A DNA stretch of 64,000 nt from Candidatus Hodarchaeota archaeon (GTDB lineage Archaea > Asgardarchaeota > Lokiarchaeia > Sigyniarchaeales > SOKP01): positions 1-64,000 of the forward strand of contig JBHLKM010000007.1 in assembly GCA_048886685.1 (NCBI GenBank), in the 5' to 3' direction. Below, in pieces: positions 1 to 9,541 of this stretch. Made by a program: the position numbers and the translations under genes. How positions within the stretch are numbered: position 1 is the stretch's first letter; each line of letters begins with the position of its first letter. The notes under the pieces are model-generated. The model was not told the origin of the DNA and did not search any database. It was given only the letters and a program-made list of their open reading frames with translations.

Positions 1-267
1 AATGTGGAATTTGTTAAAGTTATATCAGATGAGGAAAGTATAGTAAGGGTATTTGAAAGAGGTGTAGGAATCACAAAATCATGTGGTACAGGTGTTTGCG
101 CTTCTGTAGTTGCTGGTTCAATTTTAGGAAAATTCAAAAAAAATACACCGATAACCGTACACAGTGATGGTGGAGATCTAAAAATCACATATTCAGATAA
201 CACAGTTCTTATGGAAGGCCCTGCAAATAAAGTTTTTACTGGCATTATTGAAAAAATAGAAATTTAA
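1..267 (+). CDS. dapF: Diaminopimelate epimerase, C-terminal part (gene starts before the window)
   Basis: RVFERGVGITKSCGTGVCAS catalytic motif, GGDL and MEGPA C-terminal motifs; adjacent to lysA. Confidence 0.93.
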   Translation, partial: NVEFVKVISDEESIVRVFERGVGITKSCGTGVCASVVAGSILGKFKKNTPITVHSDGGDLKITYSDNTVLMEGPANKVFTGIIEKIEI

Positions 268-289
268 TTAAAGTTTTAGAGAAAATCTT

Positions 290-1603
290 ATGAAATATAT
301 TGATTGGTTAAAACAAAAAGGTTTAGAATATAAAGATGGGATTCTACACTTTTCAGATATGAATACTATAGAAATCGCTGAAAAATTTGGAACCCCAATT
401 TATGTAATTAGTGAAGAATTGATAAGGAACCAATATAAAAAATTAAAAAAAGTGTTGGATTCAGAATATAAGAAAAATTCAATACATTATGCTATGAAAG
501 CAAACTCTAACTTATCTCTTTTAAAAATACTTGACTCTGAAGGGGCTAGTTTTGATTGTACCTCTACAGGAGAGATTTATACATGTTTTAAGGCAGGGAT
601 CTCTCCCGATAAAATCATTTATACTGGAAATATGTTTACTAACGATGATTTTGAATTTGCTGTTAAAAATGATATTCTCGTTAATTTAGATAGTATTAGT
701 CAATTGAAAAGATTGGCTAAAATATATGATGATTTAGGAAAAGAAAAGAAAATGATTTCTTTTAGAATTAACCCAGAATTCGGAGCGGGGCATCATACTC
801 ATACTATAACAGCTGGAAAGACCATTAAATTCGGGATTTTAGATGATCAAGTAATCGAAGCATATTCAAAAGCAAAAGAATATGGTTTTAAAGAGTTTGG
901 AACTCATATCCATATTGGTTCTGGAATAATCGATGCTCATGATTTTGAAAAAGCTGCAGATAAATATTTATCAATTATCATGAAGTTAGCTGATACGCTT
1001 GATATAGCATTTGAGTTTGTCGATTTTGGTGGAGGTTTGGGAATACCCTATCGCCCAGAAGAAGATCCTTTAGATTTAGAACTTTATAAAACGGTAGTTC
1101 TTAATAAGTTTAAAGACTTGGTTGAGAAGGGTAATTTTGGAGAACCTGAGTTTATAATAGAACCAGGACGTTATCTATCAGCAGAAGGGTGTATTGTTTT
1201 GTCTCAAATTAATACAATTAAAGATAATGGTTTTAAATTATTTGCTGGGATAAATGCTGGATTTAATACTCTTATACGCCCTACTATGTATGGTTCTTAT
1301 CACCATATTATAACCTGCAATAAAAAAGATAACGAGAAGACATTATCTTATGATATTGTTGGACCTATATGCGAATCGGGTGATATAATTGGTAAAGAAA
1401 GGCAATTTCCGAAGTTAGAAGAGGGTGAATATCTTGCTATACTTGATACTGGTGCTTATGGTTTTACAATGAGTAGTTCATATAATTCTAGACCTAGACC
1501 TGCGGAAATTTTAATAAATAAAGGTGAAACACAAAAAATCCGTGAAGGAGAGACTTTAGAAGATTTAATTAGTAATCAAAAAATTCCTGAACATCTAAAG
1601 TAA
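290..1603 (+). CDS. lysA: Diaminopimelate decarboxylase
   Basis: YAMKAN PLP lysine, HIHIGS, DFGGGLG, IEPGRY, GPICESGD, GAYG..MSSSYN motifs. Confidence 0.96.
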   Translation: MKYIDWLKQKGLEYKDGILHFSDMNTIEIAEKFGTPIYVISEELIRNQYKKLKKVLDSEYKKNSIHYAMKANSNLSLLKILDSEGASFDCTSTGEIYTCFKAGISPDKIIYTGNMFTNDDFEFAVKNDILVNLDSISQLKRLAKIYDDLGKEKKMISFRINPEFGAGHHTHTITAGKTIKFGILDDQVIEAYSKAKEYGFKEFGTHIHIGSGIIDAHDFEKAADKYLSIIMKLADTLDIAFEFVDFGGGLGIPYRPEEDPLDLELYKTVVLNKFKDLVEKGNFGEPEFIIEPGRYLSAEGCIVLSQINTIKDNGFKLFAGINAGFNTLIRPTMYGSYHHIITCNKKDNEKTLSYDIVGPICESGDIIGKERQFPKLEEGEYLAILDTGAYGFTMSSSYNSRPRPAEILINKGETQKIREGETLEDLISNQKIPEHLK

Positions 1604-1698
1604 GCATTCGTATAGCTAACAAAATTAAAAAATATTATAACTTTAATTTAACATTATTATATTGAGATAAGATTATAAGAACTGGGATTATTTGGGCT

Positions 1699-1800
1699 GG
1701 ATACCCTCTAATAGTCTCGATGAAGTGTTGGCGTAATGAAATCTGTACTTAGAATTGAAACTAAGAAGATTGATGATAATACTGATCTGCACTGATATCC
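1699..1800 (+). ncRNA. Box C/D sRNA (about 100 nt, extended architecture)
   Basis: Ordered boxes C (TCGATGA 1717-1723), 12-nt guide, D' (ATGA 1736-1739), hairpin 1740-1771, C' (TGATGA 1771-1776), 15-nt guide, D (CTGA 1792-1795). Terminal stem GGATA 1699-1703/TATCC 1796-1800. TTATAA at 1673-1678 upstream, T-rich tract downstream. D guide is complementary to the archaeal SSU h34 consensus GCAGGUCAGUAU. Confidence 0.75.
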
Positions 1801-1819
1801 TTTATAATTTTATCTCCCT

Positions 1820-2641
1820 CTACAGTCCCAACACTTCGCTTGTTGTATAGATCTTATCCTCCTTAGCAATAGCAACAAATTTAATTGCTTTAATTGAACC
1901 CTCAGCAAAACATTCTCGGCTATGAGCTTGATGTTTCAATTCAATTCTCTCACCTGGTCCGGCATATAAAATTATATGATCTCCAACAATATCACCACCG
2001 CGAATTGAATGAATTCCAATCTCTTCCTTTGCACCTACAGTACGTTTACTAGGACCACGTTGCCTTCCAAATTTCGCAATTTTATCAAAATCAGATCCTA
2101 ATGTATTACTTATAGCTTGTCCTATTTTTAATGCTGTACCACTAGGAGCATCTATTTTTCTATGATGGTGCGCTTCAATTATTTCAATATCCCAATCTGC
2201 TAAATAACTTGTCAACATAGATGCCATTTTAAATAGAACATTTACACCAGTAGCCATATTTGGTGAAAATACTGCAGGTGCATGATTTTTCTTAATTAAT
2301 TCCTCGAGTTTTTCAAAAAATTCTTGAGATAATGCTGTGGTTCCAATAACACATCTAATTCCATTTTCAGCACAAATTATACAATTCTTTTCAGTTGCGG
2401 GGGCAACTGTGAAATCTACAGCCACATTAGGTTTAGTTTGAGAAATAATCTTCTTGAGATCTTTTACATCATCTATTTTTATAATGTTAGGATCTGTCGT
2501 ACCAGCATATAATGCTAATTCTTCACCAATTTTAGTTACATCACAGGCAGCAACAACATCAATTTCCTCATCATCTAAAGCCAGTTTACTTATTAGTTTA
2601 CCCATCGACCCTGTTGGTCCAAAAATCAATAATCTAATCAA
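1820..2641 (-). CDS. dapB: 4-hydroxy-tetrahydrodipicolinate reductase
   Basis: GPTGSMG nucleotide-binding motif, VIGTT, EAHHHRKIDAPSGTA, RGGDIVGDH. Confidence 0.96.
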   Translation of the reverse strand: MIRLLIFGPTGSMGKLISKLALDDEEIDVVAACDVTKIGEELALYAGTTDPNIIKIDDVKDLKKIISQTKPNVAVDFTVAPATEKNCIICAENGIRCVIGTTALSQEFFEKLEELIKKNHAPAVFSPNMATGVNVLFKMASMLTSYLADWDIEIIEAHHHRKIDAPSGTALKIGQAISNTLGSDFDKIAKFGRQRGPSKRTVGAKEEIGIHSIRGGDIVGDHIILYAGPGERIELKHQAHSRECFAEGSIKAIKFVAIAKEDKIYTTSEVLGL

Positions 2642-2664
2642 AAAGAAAACCTCCAGTCATACAG

Positions 2665-3564
2665 TTAAATTAAATCTAATTCTTTAAGAACATTTTTAAT
2701 CTTTTTCTGATTTTCTTTTAGAGGGGGGGTTAAAGGTAATCTCATCCTGACATCCATCAAACCCATCACATCTGCTGCGTATTTAACTGGTCCAGGATTC
2801 GTTTCTATAAACAAAACCTTGAACAAATCATATAATTCCAACTGCATTTCTCTTGCCTTTTTCCATTGATCATTCAGCATGCTATTTGTAAATTCGACCA
2901 TTTTTGAAGGAATAATATTTGAAGCAACACTAATAACTCCTTTACCACCTAACGCCATAATATGATATGTCATTCCATCATCTCCACTTAATACTATAAA
3001 ATCTTTAGGTGTAGTTTTAATGATTTTTGTAATTTGGTCAATATTTCCACTAGCACACTTTATCCCAATGATGTTCTCTTTAGAATATGCTAATTTTGAC
3101 ACAGTCTCCGGTTCTAAGTTTCTCCCCGTCCTACTTGGGACATTGTATAAGATTATTGGTAAAGACACCGAATCAGCTATGGCTGAAAAGTGGTCTATTA
3201 ATGAATGTTGAACAGGTTTATTATAATAAGGGACTACTATTAATAAGCCATCTGCTCCAATCTTTTCAGCATACTGTGCTAAAGAAATTGCCTCTTTAGT
3301 AGAATTGCTACCTGCTCCTGCCAAAACAAATGGATCTTTATTACTTTTACTTGCTTCATCGACTGCAATATCCATGGCTTGATGATGTTCTTCGTGAGAT
3401 AAAGTCGCGCTTTCACCCGTGGTACCCATAGTTAATATTTCACAACCGTTTTCAATTTGAAATCTTATAAATTCCCTATATTTCTCTTCATCTATTGAGA
3501 AATCTTCATTAAAGGGTGTAATCATAGCAGTAATAACATTTTTTATTTTATCTATCTTAGGCAT
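2665..3564 (-). CDS. dapA: 4-hydroxy-tetrahydrodipicolinate synthase
   Basis: TAMITPF, GTTGES, PYYNKP, LYNVPSRTG, GIK, SGDD, ETNPGPVK motifs. Confidence 0.96.
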   Translation of the reverse strand: MPKIDKIKNVITAMITPFNEDFSIDEEKYREFIRFQIENGCEILTMGTTGESATLSHEEHHQAMDIAVDEASKSNKDPFVLAGAGSNSTKEAISLAQYAEKIGADGLLIVVPYYNKPVQHSLIDHFSAIADSVSLPIILYNVPSRTGRNLEPETVSKLAYSKENIIGIKCASGNIDQITKIIKTTPKDFIVLSGDDGMTYHIMALGGKGVISVASNIIPSKMVEFTNSMLNDQWKKAREMQLELYDLFKVLFIETNPGPVKYAADVMGLMDVRMRLPLTPPLKENQKKIKNVLKELDLI

Positions 3565-3779
3565 ATGAAACTCCTTTATTCGAATTTAATCGTAAATTAA
3601 AACAATAATTAGTAAAGTTCATATATAAGATTTTTTAATAACTCTGTGGGCTTTTTTGTTAGAGTTTAAACAATATTCTTTTCGTTCATGTTTAAAGAAA
3701 AAATCAAGATAAGATTATACAAAAAATTATAAGATCTCACACTGACTATTTAATAATCTTTAGCTTAATATTAAATACA

Positions 3780-4781
3780 ATGTCGATAAATCTTTTAGAT
3801 AAATTTCAAGGAACGTTGATTTCGGTGGCAATTGGTGACACTCTGGGTTGTCCCTTTCAAGGAAAGCTTCGGAAAGATATTTACTCCTATTTTCAGGATT
3901 TTAGTCAATTTATAAACGAGTATAAAGACGTTTTCAGAACATATACCGACGATACGCAATTAACAATACATACAGCGAAAGCGCTTATTCAAGGAAATGG
4001 TTTCAACACCTATCATTTCATTAAAGAATATGTGAGATGGCTAGATGATCCTCCAATAGGTCCGGGATATGGTTGTATATCCTCAATTAGAAAGTTAAAG
4101 TATGGTGTACCATGGAAAGAAGCAGCTTCAAATTCGGGAGGGAATGGTACTGTAATGAGAATAGCACCCATAGGTTTATTTTATTGCCAAGACTTAAAAG
4201 GATTAAAAACAACAGCAATTAAATCTAGTATAATTACTCATTCACATCCTGCAGCCTCGGCTGGTGCTGTCGTAATTGCTAGGGCAATTGCTTATTTGAT
4301 TGATAAAAGTCCAGAAACTGGCTTTTCTGAAGATGAGCTTTTTGAAGTTATGATTTCTTCAATTTCTGGTTCTCAAGAAGATATTTGGGAAGAATTTATT
4401 GGAATTCTATATAAATTAAAAGATAATTTAGATATGCCAATTGAGGCTGGTTTAATAAAATTTTCTCAAGCAGGAGTAAAATCTCCATATTTTATTGAAC
4501 AATATATTGGTCAAGCTTTTGTGCATCCATATACTATAAGCACCGTGGTATGCGCACTTTTTATTTTTTTAAAGAGATTATCTTCGTTTGAAGATTGTAT
4601 TTTTGAACTCGCGACTGCTGGTGGAGATAGTGATACAGTTGGGGCAATAGGTGGAAGTTTAGCTGGAGCTTATTTTGGTATGAAAAACATTTCAAATGAT
4701 CTAATAAGGTTGGTTAAGAATCACAAGAAAATCTTGAGATTAAGTGAAGAGCTTTACCGTACATTTGAAAAACGGTTTTAA
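3780..4781 (+). CDS. ADP-ribosylglycohydrolase (DraG/ARH family)
   Basis: AIGDTLG, YTDDTQ, GNGTVMRIAP, ITHSHP, GGDSDTVGAIGG motifs. Confidence 0.9.
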   Translation: MSINLLDKFQGTLISVAIGDTLGCPFQGKLRKDIYSYFQDFSQFINEYKDVFRTYTDDTQLTIHTAKALIQGNGFNTYHFIKEYVRWLDDPPIGPGYGCISSIRKLKYGVPWKEAASNSGGNGTVMRIAPIGLFYCQDLKGLKTTAIKSSIITHSHPAASAGAVVIARAIAYLIDKSPETGFSEDELFEVMISSISGSQEDIWEEFIGILYKLKDNLDMPIEAGLIKFSQAGVKSPYFIEQYIGQAFVHPYTISTVVCALFIFLKRLSSFEDCIFELATAGGDSDTVGAIGGSLAGAYFGMKNISNDLIRLVKNHKKILRLSEELYRTFEKRF

Positions 4782-4795
4782 GAATGGAAAGTTCA

Positions 4796-5365
4796 TTACA
4801 ATAAGATAGTTTGCATTTTTAGAAAACACGAACTACAAAATTTTGCAGGTTTGTTGTCTGTATCCGCAAGGCTATTTGAAAATCGCATTACACAATTATT
4901 ATAACAATGGGGTAAACCAAATGTGTGGCCAAGCTCGTGAATTGCTTCCTTTAATATTCTTTTCTCAAATTTTTTTGTAGTCTCTTGTTTCCTATGGATT
5001 ATAGTATTATTAATATAAAAGTTTTCTCTAAGACGTGCTACCGATATTAATGCAGCATAGGATCCTCTTCTAGCTATTCCGAAAATAAAATTATAGCTCT
5101 TAGTATAAATATCTTTATCCAAAATTCCTAGAATCCTGAAAGATCTCTCATTTTTGGCTCTTTCAATTAATCTTCTTAATATTTTAGGTGCTTTATATTG
5201 GTTTCTTTCTACGTCGTATTCAGCATCTCTTAATTTCATACTTTCTTGGAAGATATCAACTCGTATATTAAATTTATTAAATTCATCCTCCAAATTCTTT
5301 TTTAAATTACTTAAAATTGACTGGCTTATCTCACCAATCTTCATTAAATAGATAATTCTTTTCAT
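4796..5365 (-). CDS. amzA: Archaemetzincin (peptidase M54) Zn protease
   Basis: HELGHTFGLPHC..CVM.FSNS...D.K...FC..C signature. Confidence 0.88.
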   Translation of the reverse strand: MKRIIYLMKIGEISQSILSNLKKNLEDEFNKFNIRVDIFQESMKLRDAEYDVERNQYKAPKILRRLIERAKNERSFRILGILDKDIYTKSYNFIFGIARRGSYAALISVARLRENFYINNTIIHRKQETTKKFEKRILKEAIHELGHTFGLPHCYNNCVMRFSNSLADTDNKPAKFCSSCFLKMQTILL

Positions 5366-5452
5366 TTTGAAATTAAAAGCACATTCATAGATACTAACTA
5401 TTAAATAAATTAGTAACTTCTAAATTAATCGTAACGAAAAATTTTTCCTTTT

Positions 5453-5791
5453 TCAAGCAAAATTTTTTATTATATTTTTAAGGGCTGAGCCGATATTATA
5501 CCAGTATTCTGCAATCTTATCTTTGGAAAAAACTTCGTCTATTCCTCCTTTATTATAAAGATGATCAATTTCTTTTTCATAATCTTCTTGTCCATATTCT
5601 TCAGAAGCAATTTCAATATGATAAAAAACAGGGCAATCATGATAAAATACTTTACAAGTAAAGTGAACGGTTTTCTCTCTTATTGGAAATTCTTCTACTA
5701 ATTTACCATAAGGGCATTAACCAAGTCGATGAAATGGTTTTTTTGCATTTTCGTCAATAATTTCAGATGTATTCAACCATTCACTAACCAT
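5453..5791 (-). pseudogene. Small Cys-motif protein interrupted by one in-frame TAA (5717-5719)
   Basis: Reads MVSEWLNTSEIIDENAKKPFHRLG*CPYGKLVEEFP...TCKVFYHDCPVFYH...NFA* over 113 codons; absent from the ORF track. Confidence 0.6.
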
Positions 5792-6015
5792 TTTTTTCAC
5801 TATGATATTTTATTTCTACTTTAGTTTATATCAATATTAATATATTTAAATAAAAAAGAAAAACATCAACAATTAACGGTAAAACTTTTTTAGAATATTA
5901 ATTTTAATTATCTATACCATTATATAAATAAGATTACCTATTTAATTTTCTATTTATCTCTCTAAAATAAGAGGAATTGAATTAAAACTCTAGAAAGAAA
6001 AGCTAATTTCTCAAA

Positions 6016-6116
6016 GGGAGGGTGGTCTAGCTTGGTATGATACTGTAGGGTTTTCTCTACGGCATGAATCTTGGTTTGGGACCAAGGGGTCGGGGGTTCA
6101 AATCCCCCCTCTCCCA
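6016..6116 (+). tRNA. tRNA-Pro(UGG) with a 27-nt non-canonical intron (6042-6068, position 25/26)
   Basis: Acceptor GGGAGGG/CTCTCCC, D arm GTCT..TGAT, anticodon stem CTTGG/CCAAG with TGG at 6077-6079, T arm GGGGG-TTCAAAT-CCCCC; intron bounded by a BHB-like motif; CCA not encoded. Confidence 0.93.
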
Positions 6117-6167
6117 TTTTAATAAAAAAGGCTAGTTATTAACTATTTCCTCCAATTCTAATGAATC

Positions 6168-6410
6168 TTATGAGTCAAAACAAATTTCAGGTATTAAATC
6201 TTGTAGTGTAGAAAATAATGATAAGATTATCCCGGGATTTTCTGAAGATACAATGTAATATTTCATAACCCTGCTCAATTTTGAAAAAGTGATTTTATCT
6301 TTGAAAAACCTAAATAATTGTTGAATATTGTCATCAAAATCCTTATGTTTTTGAATCCAAGCGACCAGTCTTTTCCTTTTTTTGTTTTTAACCTTTAAAA
6401 TCAATTTCAT
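6168..6410 (-). CDS. Small basic hypothetical protein
   Basis: 80-aa ORF with ATG and a GAGG SD-like motif upstream. Confidence 0.6.
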   Translation of the reverse strand: MKLILKVKNKKRKRLVAWIQKHKDFDDNIQQLFRFFKDKITFSKLSRVMKYYIVSSENPGIILSLFSTLQDLIPEICFDS

Positions 6411-6601
6411 TTATATTTCCTCGATAAAATCTTTTACAAATATTTATTAGACTTAATTTAATTATTATTAAATCTATTTAAACAAGGAGATTTTTAAGAA
6501 AAAAATTAAGTCAGGAATTTTTTCTCAGTTATTACTGGAATATTATAAATTTTATGAGAGACACAAATAATGCAAAAAATTAAACTTTTTTATAGTAAAA
6601 T

Positions 6602-7375
6602 ATGATAAAAGTATCAGGTCTTTCAAAATCTTTTGGAAGTTTTAAGGCTGTAGAGAATCTCGAGATTGATATTCAAAAAGGTGAGATATATGGCCTCATT
6701 GGACCTAATGGTTCTGGAAAAACGACAACTATCTTAGTACTATTAGATATTCTAAATCCAGATCCAGGAGCTCAAATAACTATTGCTGGAAAAAAAATCC
6801 CGAAAAAGATTAATGACGTCTATCATAAAATCGGTTATATGCCCCAAGAGCTATCTCTATATTTAGATCTAACAGTTGAGCAAAATCTTAAATTTTTTGG
6901 AAAAATATATAAAATTCCCAAAGTTATTATTAATTCTCGTATCCAAGAAGTCCTTGATTTGATCAACCTCACAGAATATAAAAAGAGGTTAATCTCCAAA
7001 TGTTCAGGAGGGATGCAAAGAAGATGTTCCCTTGCGGTTGCATTGCTACATGAACCAGAAATTCTAATTTTAGATGAACCTACTGTTGGGATTGATCCTG
7101 AACTTAGAATCGAATTCTGGAATTATTTTAAGAAAATTTCAACAGAAAGAGGAGTTACAATTCTCATTACAACTCATTATTTAGCAGAATCAATCAATTG
7201 TGATCGAATTGGTTTAATGAATAAGAAGATATTAATCTCTGGAACACCCTTAGAGTTAATGGAAAAGGTAAAAAGACTCAAAAATCTGGAAAGATTACCA
7301 GATATGGAGGAGGTTTTTATCCATTACACTCATCAGGAAAAGAGGGAAGAAAATTTAGGAGGGATAGGAAAATGA
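6602..7375 (+). CDS. ABC-2 type exporter ATP-binding subunit
   Basis: GPNGSGKTT Walker A, SGGMQRR signature, ILDEPT Walker B. Confidence 0.93.
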   Translation: MIKVSGLSKSFGSFKAVENLEIDIQKGEIYGLIGPNGSGKTTTILVLLDILNPDPGAQITIAGKKIPKKINDVYHKIGYMPQELSLYLDLTVEQNLKFFGKIYKIPKVIINSRIQEVLDLINLTEYKKRLISKCSGGMQRRCSLAVALLHEPEILILDEPTVGIDPELRIEFWNYFKKISTERGVTILITTHYLAESINCDRIGLMNKKILISGTPLELMEKVKRLKNLERLPDMEEVFIHYTHQEKREENLGGIGK

Positions 7376-8529
7376 CCATTAGTCTGAAGAGAATTATGGC
7401 AATTACACGAAAGAATCTTCAAGCATTATTACACGATAAACGGTCATTAGGATTACTTATCTTCATGCCTATCCTTATGATGTTTCTTTTTGGATATGCT
7501 TTTGGACAACCAGTTAGACATGTACCAATTAAAATTGTAAATTTTGATGAAGGTGGAGAGGGTATCCCTCATATGGGGATAAATGACACAAAATTCTCTG
7601 AATTATTCATAAAATTCCTTGAGGAAGATGATAGAGTGGATGTCGAATTGGTAAATTTAATCACATTTAATCTTTCGAAAGAAATTTTACAAATTTATGG
7701 AGGAAATGATTACTATGCGTTGATCGTAATTCCTATAAATTTTACAGAGGACATGCTGAATTTTTCAAATCATATCTCAATAGCAACATATATCGATGGA
7801 AGTGATCCACAGACGATAAGTTCCGTAATAGGAGCCATCTCAGAAGCTATTGGATCGGTGATAAATGAGATATCAGGAGAAGAATCTCATTTAGAATTAA
7901 ATCTCATCTATATTGCGGGAGATCCAAATTTAAGACCAATTGATTCTCTTGGACCAGGAATTCTCAGTTTTGCACTCTTGTTATTTATGATTTTAACTGT
8001 TACTGGGGGTTTTACTAAGGAAAGACTGACGGGAACTTTGTATAGAGTTAAGTTAACATCCACTTCCAAATCAGAAATGATGATAGGATATTTATTGGGG
8101 AACTCATTAATCGCATTAGTCCAAAGCGCACTTTTACTAGCAATTTCAATAATATTCTTTCAAATCCATATTGTTGGGAATGTTCTGTTGTTATTTTTAA
8201 TACTCTTTATCTACGCAATGTCCTGTGTTGGGCTAGGTATTTTTGCTTCAACCTTTGCCCGAAATGAGCTGCAAGCATTTCAATTCATCCCATTGATTCT
8301 AATTCCTTCATTGTTTTTCTCAGGATTTCTTTTTCCTATAAATTCATTTCCTGTAGTATTTCAATATGTGTCATATTTTATTCCTATGACGTATTCGATA
8401 AGAATTAGCAGAGCAATTATGATTAATGGGTTTGGCATAGATATGTTTTTCATGGATTTCTTAATCATGATTTTATTAACTGGGGTGTTTTTGGCACTTG
8501 CTGTTATAGTTTTTAGAATGAAAAAATAG
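7372..8529 (+). CDS. ABC-2 type exporter permease
   Basis: N-terminal TM, large extracellular loop, C-terminal TM bundle; overlaps ATPase stop (ATGA). Confidence 0.9.
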   Translation: MTISLKRIMAITRKNLQALLHDKRSLGLLIFMPILMMFLFGYAFGQPVRHVPIKIVNFDEGGEGIPHMGINDTKFSELFIKFLEEDDRVDVELVNLITFNLSKEILQIYGGNDYYALIVIPINFTEDMLNFSNHISIATYIDGSDPQTISSVIGAISEAIGSVINEISGEESHLELNLIYIAGDPNLRPIDSLGPGILSFALLLFMILTVTGGFTKERLTGTLYRVKLTSTSKSEMMIGYLLGNSLIALVQSALLLAISIIFFQIHIVGNVLLLFLILFIYAMSCVGLGIFASTFARNELQAFQFIPLILIPSLFFSGFLFPINSFPVVFQYVSYFIPMTYSIRISRAIMINGFGIDMFFMDFLIMILLTGVFLALAVIVFRMKK

Positions 8530-8536
8530 GAAAAAA

Positions 8537-9541
8537 CTATTTGTTCAAGATTTTATTTAGTTCTTTTCTGATTTTATCAGTCTTTTTATCCTTTATCCAA
8601 TATCGGATTTTTGAAGATTTAAGGAGTGTTTGTACTTTTTCATTAAGCTCCATTAACTTTTTTCGGTCTTCTTTAGATAATTGAGGAACTTCTTCTTGAA
8701 TCTTTTCTTTTATCTTTTTAACTTCCTCTTCAATAATCGGAATTGAAATTTGTTCTTTTCCAGTAATTAATCTTTTGCGAAAGATCTCTTTGATACTTTT
8801 TATCCAACCTTTAATCCATGGATAATTGCCTACTTTTAGAGGATCCTTAATTATAATATCTTTCCGTTCAACTATTATCAGGTCATCAGGACAGGAATTT
8901 TCACATGCTCCACAATAGAAGCACTCATCTTCATTACAGGCAATTTTTCCATATTTTTTAACATCTTCCGCTTTTTCAGGGATAAAGAAAGATTCGGTGG
9001 GGCATATATTAACACAAGCTTTACACCCTTGGGGATCACACTTGTGTAGCATGTTTTTTTTAATGATAACTTCTCCTTTTAAGGGAGAATCTATTGAGAA
9101 ACAATGAGTTGGGCATTCTTTTTCGATTTTATAATAGCTTTCTATATGATTTCTATCTCTAACTTCCAAGCATAAGAGACATACCTCATTTTTTTTGTCT
9201 TCAATGCATTTACTCATATCAATTTTATAAAATTTACCGATAGTTGGATACTGTTTCAAATCGATATATCCCTCAGGTTTTATATTCTCATGAAATGCAT
9301 CATTTGGGCAAACAACAGCACAAAGCATGCAATAACAGCATTTCTCATGATCAATTAATATTTTTGGGTTTGTATCATCTAGAATTTCTTGAGCAATTTC
9401 AGGTATCGGTCCGAGTTCAATAGCATCAGTTGGACAGATTAATTTGCATAAAGAACATCCTATACACTTTTTTATGTCATATAATAACCTTTTATCTACA
9501 TTTTGATAGTTCCATTTAAGGATTAATTGATCTTGGGTCAC
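8537..9541 (-). CDS. Polyferredoxin (multi-4Fe-4S, FwdF-like); may start at ATT 9607
   Basis: Several CxxCxxCxxxCP motifs; frame stays open upstream to a TGA at 9617-9619. Confidence 0.85.
   Translation of the reverse strand: MTQDQLILKWNYQNVDKRLLYDIKKCIGCSLCKLICPTDAIELGPIPEIAQEILDDTNPKILIDHEKCCYCMLCAVVCPNDAFHENIKPEGYIDLKQYPTIGKFYKIDMSKCIEDKKNEVCLLCLEVRDRNHIESYYKIEKECPTHCFSIDSPLKGEVIIKKNMLHKCDPQGCKACVNICPTESFFIPEKAEDVKKYGKIACNEDECFYCGACENSCPDDLIIVERKDIIIKDPLKVGNYPWIKGWIKSIKEIFRKRLITGKEQISIPIIEEEVKKIKEKIQEEVPQLSKEDRKKLMELNEKVQTLLKSSKIRYWIKDKKTDKIRKELNKILNK

Noticed and set aside
1724-1783. Eukaryote-type SECIS-like hairpin (AUGAA...AA loop...UGAU with lower helix AGTGTTG/TAATACT)
   Set aside because: The upstream plus-strand genes visible here (dapF 3' part, lysA) have no in-frame TGA, and the same bases are better explained as D'/C' boxes of a C/D RNA with an rRNA-matching guide. 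It cannot be fully excluded for genes left of the window.
3565-3779. Lysine riboswitch or attenuator upstream of dapA
   Set aside because: Only short AT-rich hairpins are present; no L-box consensus and the apparent leader is short.
6016-6410. Integrated element at tRNA-Pro
   Set aside because: No duplicated tRNA 3' end and no integrase found in the window.
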